Of a stretch of 56,483 bases of DNA, positions 44,928 to 55,285 are shown one piece after another. Origin of the DNA: a virus (Duplodnaviria; Caudoviricetes); the IMG/VR virus record IMGVR_UViG_3300024520_000087, positions 1 to 56,483 of that record; one strand, given 5' to 3'. A program made the translations under genes and the position numbers. Numbering within the stretch: position 1 is the stretch's first letter; every line of letters begins with the position of its first letter. The notes under the pieces are model-generated. The model was not told the origin of the DNA. It saw nothing but the letters and a program-made list of their open reading frames with translations, and made no database searches.

Positions 44928-45790
44928 TGGAAAATTTAACAGACGGAGAGAAAAAGAAACTATTCGGAATAGTTAAACTAGGTTTCCTCTCTTTTATCGC
45001 ATTAATCATCCTTTTCCTTGCTGTTGAAACAGTCGAAGCTGGAACAGTGAAAGTTGTTACAAGATGGGGAAGAGTTACAGGTAGAGTCCTTGAACCAGGA
45101 GTTCATTTTTTGTGGCCTTTCGCTGAAAGAAGTCTTGAATATGACACCAAGAAAGTTATTTATGAGACAACCACAGAAGTTAAACAAGAAGGTTCAGACG
45201 CTGACTACAAGGACTTTCCAGTTGATACCAACACCGAAGATGGTCAACAAGTAGATATTTTCTACACAGTTCGATTCTCTACCGATCCTACGAAAGCAGG
45301 ATGGATCGCACAAAACATTGGATCTCAGGGTGCAGTAGTTGAAAAGATTGTTAAAACTGAATCAAGAATCTGGGCTAGGAATATACCTAGAAGGTTTGAT
45401 GCAGAAGATCTTTACAGTGGAAATGGTTCACAAGAAGTACAAGATCAAATTTTCACCTCTTTGAGTACAACCTTTAGTGAGAATGGTTTGATACTAGACT
45501 CAGTTGGTATTCGAGAAATCAAATTCACCAATGAATATGTAGCTGCAATCGAAGCTAAACAGTTAGAAGCAGTTAAGGTTAAAACCGCTGAGAACATAGC
45601 TGAAAGAGCCGTGTTCGAGAAAGAAGCTAGAATAACTCAAGCAGAAGGTCAAGCTAGGGAGCAAGAACTTCAGAAGACATCAATTTCTAGTGAATTACTT
45701 GAGAAAATGTGGATCGAGAAGTGGAATGGAAATCTACCCAACTACATGATGGGAGATAGCCAAGCATTGATTCAATTGCCTCAACAGTAG
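44927..45790 (+). CDS. SPFH/Band-7/prohibitin family membrane protein
   Basis: TM, V..G.V.VV.RWG.V...LEPG.HF..P, T.DGQ.V, Y..AIEAKQ, IEKWNG.LP. Confidence 0.92.
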   Translation: MENLTDGEKKKLFGIVKLGFLSFIALIILFLAVETVEAGTVKVVTRWGRVTGRVLEPGVHFLWPFAERSLEYDTKKVIYETTTEVKQEGSDADYKDFPVDTNTEDGQQVDIFYTVRFSTDPTKAGWIAQNIGSQGAVVEKIVKTESRIWARNIPRRFDAEDLYSGNGSQEVQDQIFTSLSTTFSENGLILDSVGIREIKFTNEYVAAIEAKQLEAVKVKTAENIAERAVFEKEARITQAEGQAREQELQKTSISSELLEKMWIEKWNGNLPNYMMGDSQALIQLPQQ

Positions 45791-45830
45791 TTTTTATACC
45801 CAGCCCTTCTATTATGAGATGGGTTGGACT

Positions 45831-46079
45831 ATGAAAATTAAAGAATTAACAATCAGAAAAGCATCTGGTTACAAAAGGACCCTAAAAGATGCCGCAGGAA
45901 ACTATGACAGTACTAGTGGCGAGGCAGATGTGTCATTAACTGTGATGAGCGAGGATGGGGAAATAGATGCAACCGAAGTCATAGAGAGAGTTAAGAAACT
46001 AGTCAAAGAAACACTAGATCCTGACCCAGCTTGGATGAGGAAAGAGAAGAAGGAAGAATCGAAAGACTTACCTTTTTAA
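45831..46079 (+). CDS. Hypothetical protein with an acidic DLPF tail
   Basis: SSB-like C-terminus. The start lies in a hairpin at 45788-45840. Confidence 0.6.
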   Translation: MKIKELTIRKASGYKRTLKDAAGNYDSTSGEADVSLTVMSEDGEIDATEVIERVKKLVKETLDPDPAWMRKEKKEESKDLPF

Positions 46080-46092
46080 TTCTGCTACATTT

Positions 46093-46341
46093 ATGTTAGT
46101 GGAAAAGTCTGAGTTTACAACAACTGGATTGACGGACGGAGAAGTAAAAGCTCCCGAGGCAGCAATGTTTAGGAAAATGATGACTGGTGAATATCCTGGC
46201 CAAAAGCGGATAGCAGTGAAGTTGATCGAAGAACCTGTACGTGATACAAATAGTAAATGGTCAGAGGTTCTAAAAAGAAAAATAAAGTCACTACTAAACA
46301 AGCTAAGAAAAAGGCGTGGACCATATTCAGCAAGTACGTAA
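46093..46341 (+). CDS. Hypothetical protein
   Basis: Overlaps the 5' end of ninG. Confidence 0.45.
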   Translation: MLVEKSEFTTTGLTDGEVKAPEAAMFRKMMTGEYPGQKRIAVKLIEEPVRDTNSKWSEVLKRKIKSLLNKLRKRRGPYSAST

Positions 46342-46709
46342 GGACAAGAGACGCATTAAAAACCACTGGGGATTTGTATTCTGCAAAATGCGTTACATGT
46401 AACAGATTATATCCAACAACAGGCGTCGGAACTATGCAGGCAGGACACTTTATCGGAGGCAGAAACAATTCAATACTTTACGACGAAAGAGGAGTACACG
46501 CACAATGCTACGGATGTAATGTGGGAAAGAAAGGGAATATTGTTAAATACTACAAGTTTATGTTAAAGGAATACGGCCAAGAAGTGATAGATGATCTAGA
46601 ACACTTGTCTGGTCAAGTAAAACAAATGAAAGCATTTGAACACCTAGAAGTATTTGAGAAATACAAAAAGAAATTCGAAGAGTTAACTGGAGGTGGTAAC
46701 GATGACTAA
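46257..46709 (+). CDS. ninG: NinG/Rap-family recombination endonuclease
   Basis: FSKYVR.RD, CVTC, QAGHF..., DE..VHAQC..CN...GN...Y. Confidence 0.9.
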   Translation: MVRGSKKKNKVTTKQAKKKAWTIFSKYVRTRDALKTTGDLYSAKCVTCNRLYPTTGVGTMQAGHFIGGRNNSILYDERGVHAQCYGCNVGKKGNIVKYYKFMLKEYGQEVIDDLEHLSGQVKQMKAFEHLEVFEKYKKKFEELTGGGNDD

Positions 46710-46911
46710 TAGCCCAATGATTGGTAGATTAATGAAGCTAGATTCCCTTAAGCGTTGTGATTTAGAAGGCTGTACCACTGGACCAGTCAAGTCTGGATAC
46801 AGAATAAATAGCCCAGGTTTTGCAGGATTCTTTTGTGGCGCAGTACACGCTAGAGTTGCACATGGCAACATGGAAGCTCTCAAAAAAGAGCACAACTTAA
46901 AAATAGAATAA
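46702..46911 (+). CDS. Small Cys-containing hypothetical protein
   Basis: GGAGGTGG RBS, CxxxxC...FC...H. Confidence 0.6.
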   Translation: MTNSPMIGRLMKLDSLKRCDLEGCTTGPVKSGYRINSPGFAGFFCGAVHARVAHGNMEALKKEHNLKIE

Positions 46912-47144
46912 TGGCGACTAAATTAGTAAATCCAAGAGGAAGAACGATTGTGGTAGAGGATACCTCTGTTTCGTCGCTGCTTAAAAGAGGTTTTGTTTTC
47001 CCCCCAGAAGATCAAAAGGGTATGCGATATTCGCAAGTTCACGACAAAGGCGCAGATAATGCTAGACCTTACAGAAAGGAGAAGCAACCAGCCAAATTAA
47101 CAATTGAACGACTTGGAGACGTGTTGCCAGTAGATACGATATGA
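46911..47144 (+). CDS. Hypothetical protein
   Basis: TAATG coupling. Confidence 0.6.
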   Translation: MATKLVNPRGRTIVVEDTSVSSLLKRGFVFPPEDQKGMRYSQVHDKGADNARPYRKEKQPAKLTIERLGDVLPVDTI

Positions 47145-48292
47145 TTTGGAGGACAAAAAACGAACTATCGAAACCAGTGAGTGTTAAGTATTGTGGTCCG
47201 TTTCTTGACTTTACAGGATATGGAGAAGCTAATAGAAACGCCATCATGGCACTTCACACAGTAGGAGTAGAAGTAACCACAGAAAAAGTAGAATATGCTT
47301 CAGGAAATGCAGACTTCGGAGAAGCAGCCGAATTAGCACAAAGACTAGAAGGAAGACCAATAAAATACGACATCAAGATTGTCCATGTGCCCTCAGATGG
47401 ATACATGAAGTTTCTCGAACCAGCCAAGTATCACATAGGACATTTGTTTTGGGAAACGGATAGTATTTCAAAAACATGGGTGTGGAATTGTAACTTAATG
47501 GATGAGATATGGACTGGCGGCCAAATACATAAAGAGAACTTCAGAAGAGCGGGAGTCAAGGTTCCGATACACGTTTTCCCACAGGCAATTGATAATGTAA
47601 TTCAAGTACAGAAGCCATTCCGAGTCACAGACCATAAGGGATACATGTTTTATTCCATATTCCAGTGGATAGAGAGAAAGAATCCTAAAGCTTTATTGAA
47701 GGCTTACTGGGAAGAGTTTCAAGGAGAAGACAATGTTTCGCTGTTGCTTAAGGTTTACAGATTTGGTTTCGATAAGAGCGAAAGAGAGCAAATTAGAAAA
47801 GACATCAATGATTGGAAAGAAGAGTTTGGCCATAAACACTTCCCTAAAATATTCTTGTTCTTTGATTTAGTAGATAAATCAGATATGTTTAGGATTCACT
47901 ATACTGGTGATTGTTTTGTTTCAGCACATAGGGGAGAAGGTTGGGGAATCCCTCAAGCAGAAGCAGCCGTTATTGGAAATCCAATAATCTCAACTGGGTT
48001 GGGAGGAGTACATGAATGGTTTGAAGACGAGAAGTCGGCATTCTTAACTAAGTGGAAAAGAACCAAAGTGAAGAATATGGACTTTGCCCCATGGTACGAA
48101 AAAAACCAGCATTGGGCGGAAGTAGATCACGCAGACCTTAAAAAAAGAATGAGGTTTGTTTTTGACAATCCAGAAGAAGCAAAAAAGGTCGGAAACATGG
48201 CCAAAGATGTAGCATACAACAAGCTATCATATAAGGCAGTCGGTGAAGCAATGAGAGACAGGCTGGTTGATATACAAAGATTAATAAAATGA
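47141..48292 (+). CDS. GT4-family glycosyltransferase
   Basis: TGYG, FWET, ERKN, DCFVSAHRGEGWGIP..EA...G.PIIST..GG. Confidence 0.92.
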   Translation: MIWRTKNELSKPVSVKYCGPFLDFTGYGEANRNAIMALHTVGVEVTTEKVEYASGNADFGEAAELAQRLEGRPIKYDIKIVHVPSDGYMKFLEPAKYHIGHLFWETDSISKTWVWNCNLMDEIWTGGQIHKENFRRAGVKVPIHVFPQAIDNVIQVQKPFRVTDHKGYMFYSIFQWIERKNPKALLKAYWEEFQGEDNVSLLLKVYRFGFDKSEREQIRKDINDWKEEFGHKHFPKIFLFFDLVDKSDMFRIHYTGDCFVSAHRGEGWGIPQAEAAVIGNPIISTGLGGVHEWFEDEKSAFLTKWKRTKVKNMDFAPWYEKNQHWAEVDHADLKKRMRFVFDNPEEAKKVGNMAKDVAYNKLSYKAVGEAMRDRLVDIQRLIK

Positions 48293-48495
48293 GAAACGAA
48301 ATAAAAGTAGAAGTAGCAGGGGAAACTGGATATGAGGCGGGTATTAAGTTTTATGGAAGAAGAATAGCGGAATTAAATACAGAAGGAGTTACTGGAATGA
48401 CATTCGAAAATCTTTTAATTGAAGAGGAGCGAGAAACAGCTGTACTTAAATTGGCACAACTCGAAAGAAGAAAGGGGCTGGGTTTTATTAAATGA
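48289..48495 (+). CDS. Hypothetical protein
   Basis: ATGA-coupled ORF. Confidence 0.55.
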   Translation: MRNEIKVEVAGETGYEAGIKFYGRRIAELNTEGVTGMTFENLLIEEERETAVLKLAQLERRKGLGFIK

Positions 48496-49520
48496 AAATA
48501 CTGTATTTATCGTGCCACAGCGTCCTAGAATTTGATGAAGTTTCCTTGTTAACAGAACTCGGCCATGAGGTTTTCTCCTGCGGCGCATACAGCAACCCTC
48601 TTTTGGGGGGAGACAATAGACGTGGACCCATTAAGGGAGCCAAGTTCCATGACACACTTTTTAGTACCTACATGCAATGTTCCAAGGAGAAGCTTCATCC
48701 CGATTTGGTTGCCTGGGCCGATGTAGTTATTTCCATGCATAATTCAAAAATACCTCTTCAAAAAACAGAACAGCCTTGGATTACTGGAAATTGGCCCTTA
48801 CTTAAAAACAAGCGAACCATATGGAGATCGATAGGGCAATCCATCCAGTTAATCGAAGAAGAGCTCCAGTTCTACAAAGACCAAGGACTGCAAATAGTTA
48901 GATATTCTCCTAAAGAAAATACAATCCCTTCTTACGCAGGGGACGACGCCATTATCAGATTCTACAAAGATCCAGACGAGTACAAAGACTGGAATGGTAA
49001 AAAGGAAATAGTTTTAAATTTCAGCCAGTCATTAAAACAAAGGGGAGATCATTGTGGTTACGATGTATTCATGAAAGCCACGGATGGTTTTAATAGAAAA
49101 GTATATGGTCCAGGGAATTCAGATTTGGGAGATTTGTGGGGTGGGGTAGTCGATCAAGATGGACAGAAAAAGTTATATCGAGATAGTAGGGTTTATTTTT
49201 ACAATGGAACCGCACCAGCTTCTTACACATTAAGTCTAATAGAAGCTATGATGACAGGTATCCCCGTGGTTGCAGCAGGCCCAGCATTCACCCAAGGTCT
49301 GTACAATCAAGACACCAATGAAATAGAAGACATAATCCAAAACGGTGTAAATGGATTTGTAAGTAATGACACAGAGGAACTTAAAAAGTATATTGAATTA
49401 ATGATGAATAGCAAAGAAGACGCCAAGAGAATAGGAGATGCAGGTCGAATAACAGCTAAAGCGATGTTCGGAAAAGACGCAATACGTCAACAATGGGAAG
49501 GATTTTTAAACAATGGATGA
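48492..49520 (+). CDS. GT4-like glycosyltransferase
   Basis: SLIEAMMTGIPVV, IQNGVNGFV, IG.AGR..A...F. Confidence 0.9.
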   Translation: MKILYLSCHSVLEFDEVSLLTELGHEVFSCGAYSNPLLGGDNRRGPIKGAKFHDTLFSTYMQCSKEKLHPDLVAWADVVISMHNSKIPLQKTEQPWITGNWPLLKNKRTIWRSIGQSIQLIEEELQFYKDQGLQIVRYSPKENTIPSYAGDDAIIRFYKDPDEYKDWNGKKEIVLNFSQSLKQRGDHCGYDVFMKATDGFNRKVYGPGNSDLGDLWGGVVDQDGQKKLYRDSRVYFYNGTAPASYTLSLIEAMMTGIPVVAAGPAFTQGLYNQDTNEIEDIIQNGVNGFVSNDTEELKKYIELMMNSKEDAKRIGDAGRITAKAMFGKDAIRQQWEGFLNNG

Positions 49521-50121
49521 TTTTCTCACACCCAATAACTGGTTTAAAGAAAAGTTCCGTGATAAATCAGGAGAGCGTTACCACACGTTTAAAGCAGGAC
49601 TCAATCTTTATTTACAGAGACGGGGGGAAATTGCCGTGGAAACAGGAACTCAAAGTAAGTCAGAAGACTGGGAATCAGGATGCAGCACTACATTAATAGG
49701 ATCAGTCACTGATACATGCGGAAGCACTCTGTATACAGTAGATAATGTTAAAAACAACCTCGGAGAATCAAAAAAGGTAACACAAGAATATGGTAAAAGC
49801 ATAAAATACATGTTGACTGACTCGGTTGAGTTCCTGGGCAAGTTCGATAAACGAATAGATTTCCTATATCTTGACAGTTGGGAACTCCCCAAAGAAGAAC
49901 TCGATCTAGAAATCTACAAAAAGGAAATGGTTAGATACCAAAGACATTGTTTGAAAGAAATAGAAACAGCTTGGCCTCGACTACACAAAGACTCAATAGT
50001 ATTATTTGACGACTATGACTTACCGTCAGAAAGTGTGCCCAAGCTAGCGGTAGATTGGCTGAGAGCGATGGGATGGAAAATAGTACTCTCAGGCCAACAG
50101 TGCTTAATGATATCAAGATGA
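49513..50121 (+). CDS. Class I SAM methyltransferase (Methyltransf_24-like)
   Basis: VETG, LYTVD, DSVEFL, IDFLYLDS, VLFDD. Confidence 0.85.
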   Translation: MDDFLTPNNWFKEKFRDKSGERYHTFKAGLNLYLQRRGEIAVETGTQSKSEDWESGCSTTLIGSVTDTCGSTLYTVDNVKNNLGESKKVTQEYGKSIKYMLTDSVEFLGKFDKRIDFLYLDSWELPKEELDLEIYKKEMVRYQRHCLKEIETAWPRLHKDSIVLFDDYDLPSESVPKLAVDWLRAMGWKIVLSGQQCLMISR

Positions 50122-50813
50122 ACCCAACACAAGAAATAATTACAAAAGGTGGATTAACCCTTCAACCTGAGTTCCAAAACGCCAAATATCTAATGTACGA
50201 TGAAGGTGGGATAGAAGCGGAATGTGGTGAGTTTCTTTATGGTTTAATCAGACTTCTCAAACCAGAAAGAATTTTAGAAACGGGAACAAGGAAAGGAATA
50301 GCTTCAGCATATATGGGGCTGGGTTTAAAGAAAAATGGAATTGGAGAGTTGGACACAATAGAGTTTGCCCCCGAACATTGGCCCGTTGCCAAGGACTTGT
50401 GGAAGAAGCTAGAGATAGACAGTCTAATAACACTTCATGAGAAAAAAGTAGAAGACTTTGATCCAGAACCCAACTTTAAAGGGTCTGATTTGTCGAGTAG
50501 TGATTATATGGAGAAAGAGAGAAGAAAGTATGATGTTGCTTTTCTTGACACAGAGCCAGATTTGAGATTCAAGGAACTTGTAAGATTCTTTCCTTATGTG
50601 AAGCATGGTGGATTTATAATCATTCACGACTTACACAGCCACATGTCACAAACCAAAGCTCCAGGTCAACCCTTTGCGTGGCCGTTTGGCAAACTCCCCA
50701 AAAAAATAGTAGACTGGGTAAAGGATGGGGAATTGAGACCATTTCATTTCGAGACACAGAGGGGAATGACGTGTTTTTACAAGAGTAGACCAGGAGATTT
50801 CAAATGGAAATAA
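50118..50813 (+). CDS. Class I SAM O-methyltransferase (Methyltransf_24-like)
   Basis: KPERILETGT..G.AS, YDVAFLD, GG.IIIHD. Confidence 0.88.
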   Translation: MNPTQEIITKGGLTLQPEFQNAKYLMYDEGGIEAECGEFLYGLIRLLKPERILETGTRKGIASAYMGLGLKKNGIGELDTIEFAPEHWPVAKDLWKKLEIDSLITLHEKKVEDFDPEPNFKGSDLSSSDYMEKERRKYDVAFLDTEPDLRFKELVRFFPYVKHGGFIIIHDLHSHMSQTKAPGQPFAWPFGKLPKKIVDWVKDGELRPFHFETQRGMTCFYKSRPGDFKWK

Positions 50814-50829
50814 AAGATCAAACAAATAT

Positions 50830-51834
50830 ATGAAGATTTTAGTAACAGGTGGAGCAGGGTTTATTGGGACCAATGTTTGTCTGGAAGCGATAAGTCGAGG
50901 ACATGAAGTGGCTTCCTTTGACAACCTCGTGCGCCCATTAACTGAAGAAAACATTTCAGTATTAAAAGAAGCTGGCGTGATTATTGTTAACGGTGATATC
51001 AGAAACGAGGTAGACTTCGCTAAGTTTCCCTGGGTCCCTGACGGAATTGTCCACTTAGCTGGTCAGTGTGGTATCCCATATGCACATGTTTCCCCAAGAT
51101 ATGATTTCCAAGTTAACGCTCTGGGTGTTATCAATATTCTCGAATACTCACGTTTAAACGGAAAGATCCCCGTAGCGTTTGCTTCTTCTAATAAGGTCTA
51201 CACAAACATAACTAACTCATATCCCATAGAGGAAGGGAAAACACGTTACACCTGGAAAGAGATTGAGTCCTTAGATGAAAACACACCGATAGATGCTTTT
51301 GGCAAATATGCTCGCTCACTATACGGGACCTCTAAAGTATCAGGAGACTTATATTGTCAGGAATACTGGCAGGCTTTTGGAGTACCAACTGTCATTAACA
51401 GAATGAGTTGTATATATGGCCTGTATCAAAAAGGTATCGAGGATCAAGGATGGGTAGATTGGATGGCAAGACAAGTAGCACTCAAGGATGGAAAGATCAA
51501 CATATTCGGAACTGGTAAGCAAGTAAGAGACATGCTTTTTGGAACAGATGTAGCCAAACTATACATAGACGAGATTGAAAACATTGATAAGGTAGCTGGT
51601 CAGACTTACAATATCGGCGGTGGGATCAATAACACACTTTCCTTACTAGAGGCGATAGATATTATCGAAGAAGAAACAGGGAAGAAAGCTGAACTTAATT
51701 TCACGGACAAACGTCACGGTGACCAGGATATTTGGATCTCTAATATCTCCAAGATCAAGCAAGACTTGGGATGGGAGCCTAGGGTGACTCCAAAGGAAGG
51801 AATCAAGTTAATGATAAAGGAGATGATAAGTTGA
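50830..51834 (+). CDS. NAD-dependent nucleotide-sugar epimerase (CDP-paratose/tyvelose 2-epimerase RfbE-like)
   Basis: TGGAGFIG, HLAGQ, SSNKVY, YGTSK...DLY.QEY, RMSCIYG..Q.G.EDQGWV.W, GKQVRD.L. Confidence 0.9.
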   Translation: MKILVTGGAGFIGTNVCLEAISRGHEVASFDNLVRPLTEENISVLKEAGVIIVNGDIRNEVDFAKFPWVPDGIVHLAGQCGIPYAHVSPRYDFQVNALGVINILEYSRLNGKIPVAFASSNKVYTNITNSYPIEEGKTRYTWKEIESLDENTPIDAFGKYARSLYGTSKVSGDLYCQEYWQAFGVPTVINRMSCIYGLYQKGIEDQGWVDWMARQVALKDGKINIFGTGKQVRDMLFGTDVAKLYIDEIENIDKVAGQTYNIGGGINNTLSLLEAIDIIEEETGKKAELNFTDKRHGDQDIWISNISKIKQDLGWEPRVTPKEGIKLMIKEMIS

Positions 51835-52706
51835 CACGTGCAGTCGTCGTCTGTTTTCACAAGTATCAACCCTATGGCGGGGAATATTACGAACCTATCC
51901 TAGATTTCTTTATTAAGACTATGGAGAAGTACAAGGATGAGTACGACCATGTCTATTTTCTGGACAGTAATTGGAACATAGACCCAAGCAAACTCAAAGA
52001 CTTAAATGCAACCATTATCAGGATAGATCCTTCAACACGTTACTATGACGCTTACAAAGAAGCCCTTCCTCAAATAAAAGAAGATTTAGTTTTGTTTATG
52101 GATAACGACACGGTGGTTTATAAGGAAGATGTGATTAGGGATACATTTGGAAAACTTGAACACTATGGTGTTGTTTCGATTATTGATGAGATCGGAGATT
52201 ACAAGACTGATCTACTGTCATCTGGAAACAAGTTTTGTCCTTACTGGTTCGCCACAAGAAAAAAACTACTCATGAAATACTTAGATGTAGATTGGGGATC
52301 TCACATGCCTCACAGTGAAACCTTAGGACACTTAACAGAAGCTATGTTGAACGACGGAATCAGAGTTCTGGAATGGTGGGAAGATAAATCCAGTCTGCAT
52401 ATTGATGGTACAGAAGGTTATCCGACTAATGCTGGTAAAGGAAAGAATCTTGGTTACTACCACATCAGAGCTGGCAGTGTCCCAGCTCTACTGCTGGCCT
52501 ACAAAGACCACGACACAGAGAAGTATGATGAGTATCTCAAAAACCAACCAAAGAATGAGTATCTTAGACAAATGGCTTGGTTCTGGTACATAACGGATAA
52601 TACACATGTCTTGGGAAAGATCATAGAACTGGTTGAAGACTTAGAGTTAGGTTCGGGGGAGTTTGGTGACTATACTTACAAATTTAGAGACTATCACGGC
52701 CTATGA
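51831..52706 (+). CDS. GT-A fold glycosyltransferase (divergent)
   Basis: VLFMDND (DxD), P.WF...K..L, YYHIR.GS. Confidence 0.7.
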   Translation: MTRAVVVCFHKYQPYGGEYYEPILDFFIKTMEKYKDEYDHVYFLDSNWNIDPSKLKDLNATIIRIDPSTRYYDAYKEALPQIKEDLVLFMDNDTVVYKEDVIRDTFGKLEHYGVVSIIDEIGDYKTDLLSSGNKFCPYWFATRKKLLMKYLDVDWGSHMPHSETLGHLTEAMLNDGIRVLEWWEDKSSLHIDGTEGYPTNAGKGKNLGYYHIRAGSVPALLLAYKDHDTEKYDEYLKNQPKNEYLRQMAWFWYITDNTHVLGKIIELVEDLELGSGEFGDYTYKFRDYHGL

Positions 52707-53293
52707 AAAATTTAACTTGTAAAACTTGTAATAAACAATACCAGGTTCATAATTATCGAGCAAAAATTTCTTCTTATTGTTCTGTTAAATGTAAGGGAGT
52801 GGGGTTTAGGGGGGTTATTCCGAGTTCAGCTTTCAAAAAAGGTAGCACTCCCTGGAACAAAGGCAAGAAGGGGGTTCAGATTATGTCGGAGAAAACCAAA
52901 AAGAAGCTATCAATTTCTATCAGAAAAGCTTATGAAAATCCAGAGTTAAGGAAAAGGCTCAGTGAGATGCATAAAGGAGAAAAAAGTTACTTGTGGAAGG
53001 GTGGAATTACGACTGAAAACCAAATGCAGAGGGTTGTTTTCCGAAACAAAATGAGAAAACAGGTAATGGAGCGAGATGATTATACTTGCCAGATGTGTGA
53101 TAAACGAGGCGGGGTGCTGCACGTTGACCACATCCAATCTTGGTCGGAATACGTGGAGTTGAGGTTTAGTATGGACAATTGTCGTACACTTTGTGAAGAT
53201 TGCCATTACTTCGTCACTTGGGGAAAACGTAAGCCTGCTGGAATGAAGACCTGGGGAAGAAACACGCGATCAAAGGAGGTGTCTCGTGCGTAA
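52703..53293 (+). CDS. HNH homing endonuclease with NUMOD3
   Basis: FKKG..PWNKG, SEKTKKKLS, WKGGIT, RD.YTCQ.C...LHVDHI...N.RTLC..CH. Confidence 0.92.
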   Translation: MKNLTCKTCNKQYQVHNYRAKISSYCSVKCKGVGFRGVIPSSAFKKGSTPWNKGKKGVQIMSEKTKKKLSISIRKAYENPELRKRLSEMHKGEKSYLWKGGITTENQMQRVVFRNKMRKQVMERDDYTCQMCDKRGGVLHVDHIQSWSEYVELRFSMDNCRTLCEDCHYFVTWGKRKPAGMKTWGRNTRSKEVSRA

Positions 53294-53483
53294 AACCCTA
53301 GGAGAACTAATAGATGAACTAACAATAACCAACCTTAAGATTTTCATGTTGGTAGATAAAGTCCAAGACGACAGCCACACTCGTGAAGATTCTAAGAAGA
53401 TACAAGACCTTAATCTTTACAGATCCAAACTAAAGAACGCCATCAATGCAGGGCTAGATCAACAACAGGAGGTAAAGCTGTGA
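53286..53483 (+). CDS. Small helical protein (DUF4254/DUF6165-like)
   Basis: TLGELID.L.I.NLKI...LN..RS.L..AIN. Confidence 0.6.
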   Translation: MRKTLGELIDELTITNLKIFMLVDKVQDDSHTREDSKKIQDLNLYRSKLKNAINAGLDQQQEVKL

Positions 53484-54463
53484 GTAGAGCAGTATTTGTC
53501 AGCGCTTGTGGAGATCCCTTTATTCTCATGATGGCACATAAGCTTTTTAAAGAGAACTTCTATGACGAGGTAGATAAGTTTTACATTAACCTAAACAACA
53601 ACGCTAACGTTCCATCTGACGCAATCTCTGAAGTCTTGGCAAGACTATCTCAAGATCCCAAGGTTCATATAATCTACCACCCTGAAGGAATCGGTAACGG
53701 TATGCCAATTACTGAAATGACCCTAATAGCGAAAGAGGAACTGGTAATGCTTTTAGAGGATGATGGTTTTATCTTCACATCAGGGATAGTTGATGAGTGT
53801 TTTAAAAGAATAGAGTCAGGTGAAGTGGACGCTGTGGGATCTGAAAGATTCTCTTGTGGTCCTGAAATAGGAGAAGCTCTTAAAAAGAAATATAATTTAG
53901 ATTACTCAGGTTATGGAGATGTAGGACCCAACTACTGGCCCAACTTCTTTTTCTGTAAACGTCAGGATTTGCTAGATACTGACATGAACTTCGCCAGTCA
54001 GTCATTCCCTCCTGAGTCTCACTGGAAAGAACTAGACCACACTTTTAAAGAACAAAACTACGCCGACACTTTTGGTTGGGCAACTATGCAAATGCTACAC
54101 AAAGGAGTGAGGTTTGGGTCAGTCCCACAAAACCACGCTTCACCTTATGAGATTTCTGATAAAAGAGCTAAGTTGCTTAACTGGATAGGAGAACCAATGA
54201 AATGGATTCATGGAGGTTCTCTTTCAGCAAGTTGGGGAGGATACTTAGAAGAAGCCACGCCAGACGTTTCAATAGAGATAGCGGTTTATGAAATGGAAAC
54301 AAGATGTGCCTTCTGGAGGATATGTGCTGATGTGGTAGAGGGCTTTGATGACTTTAAAGATAAGTACAAAAAAGGTATTGATGGTCTAGTACAAAGGGCA
54401 GGATTATCAGAGGAAAGGATCAAAGAGAAATACGACTTATATAAAGGATTACTAAAAATATGA
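53480..54463 (+). CDS. GT-A fold glycosyltransferase (divergent)
   Basis: VMLLEDDGF, PNFFF.KR..L..TD..F, WIH.GSLS. Confidence 0.72.
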   Translation: MSRAVFVSACGDPFILMMAHKLFKENFYDEVDKFYINLNNNANVPSDAISEVLARLSQDPKVHIIYHPEGIGNGMPITEMTLIAKEELVMLLEDDGFIFTSGIVDECFKRIESGEVDAVGSERFSCGPEIGEALKKKYNLDYSGYGDVGPNYWPNFFFCKRQDLLDTDMNFASQSFPPESHWKELDHTFKEQNYADTFGWATMQMLHKGVRFGSVPQNHASPYEISDKRAKLLNWIGEPMKWIHGGSLSASWGGYLEEATPDVSIEIAVYEMETRCAFWRICADVVEGFDDFKDKYKKGIDGLVQRAGLSEERIKEKYDLYKGLLKI

Positions 54464-55263
54464 ATAAAATAGATATTGTTTCACAGATTTGCGTATATAA
54501 TGACTATCCAATTTACAGGCAGTTGTTAACTAAATACAGACCCTTTTTTAATAAGATTATTTTGTATCCTTCCCGCCACCATGGGGTAATAGATATGGAA
54601 GAGTTTCTGAAGAAGACGTTTCCAGAGACATGGGTGGAAGATCAGAACATCGACTGGACCACTCCTGGAATAGACTGGAGACAGGTAGAGACAGAACCTT
54701 GTCTTGAACTCTCTGACTCTGAATGGATACTCTTTATGGAACAAGACTTCTTTGTAGATGACTGGCCCAAGCTATGGCTCGATGTAGATAAAGCGATGGA
54801 AATTTCGGACATGATAGGTTGGTGGAATGACACTACCCTACCTTATGTGCATCCTTGCTTCTTGTTGATTAAGCGTGAGTTACTAGACAAAACCAAGAAA
54901 GATTTCAGAGCACACCCAGAGATACACGGTTGTGATCACTTCGCTTTGATAACAAGAGACGCTCAAGAGTTAGGAGCCAAGATAACTAAACTACAAGATA
55001 TTGGTTACGTTAATTGGGAGAACGCATTCCACATGGGAGGTTTAACATATCCTTACCAGAACTGGAAAGGCGACGGGACTGACGAATTTGGTGTAGCAAG
55101 TCCAGAAGCCTTTATGATCTACAATCACTACAGTGGACTCGCACCAGTAGAACAGTCTAAACTATACTTAGAGCTATCGGTTGAGATTGGCGAGAGGCTT
55201 AGAAAACTCTTCCCCGTCCTCAAACTAGAAGACAATAGGTGGACGAAATTCTTTAAACTATGA
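54460..55263 (+). CDS. GT-A fold glycosyltransferase (paralogue of the next gene)
   Basis: DYP.YRQ, DWR, SEWILFMEQDFF, HPCFL, DHF, FHMGGL. Confidence 0.72.
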   Translation: MNKIDIVSQICVYNDYPIYRQLLTKYRPFFNKIILYPSRHHGVIDMEEFLKKTFPETWVEDQNIDWTTPGIDWRQVETEPCLELSDSEWILFMEQDFFVDDWPKLWLDVDKAMEISDMIGWWNDTTLPYVHPCFLLIKRELLDKTKKDFRAHPEIHGCDHFALITRDAQELGAKITKLQDIGYVNWENAFHMGGLTYPYQNWKGDGTDEFGVASPEAFMIYNHYSGLAPVEQSKLYLELSVEIGERLRKLFPVLKLEDNRWTKFFKL

Positions 55264-55285
55264 TAAAACCAGCAGTAATATAATT

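Noticed and set aside
52653-52682. Possible self-target of array unit 4 (GG.GA.TT.GG.GA.TA matches 52656-52672 in codon frame)
   Set aside because: Only 6 of 11 dinucleotides match fully and the match depends on how the register slip is resolved, so chance is plausible. Worth rechecking by computation.
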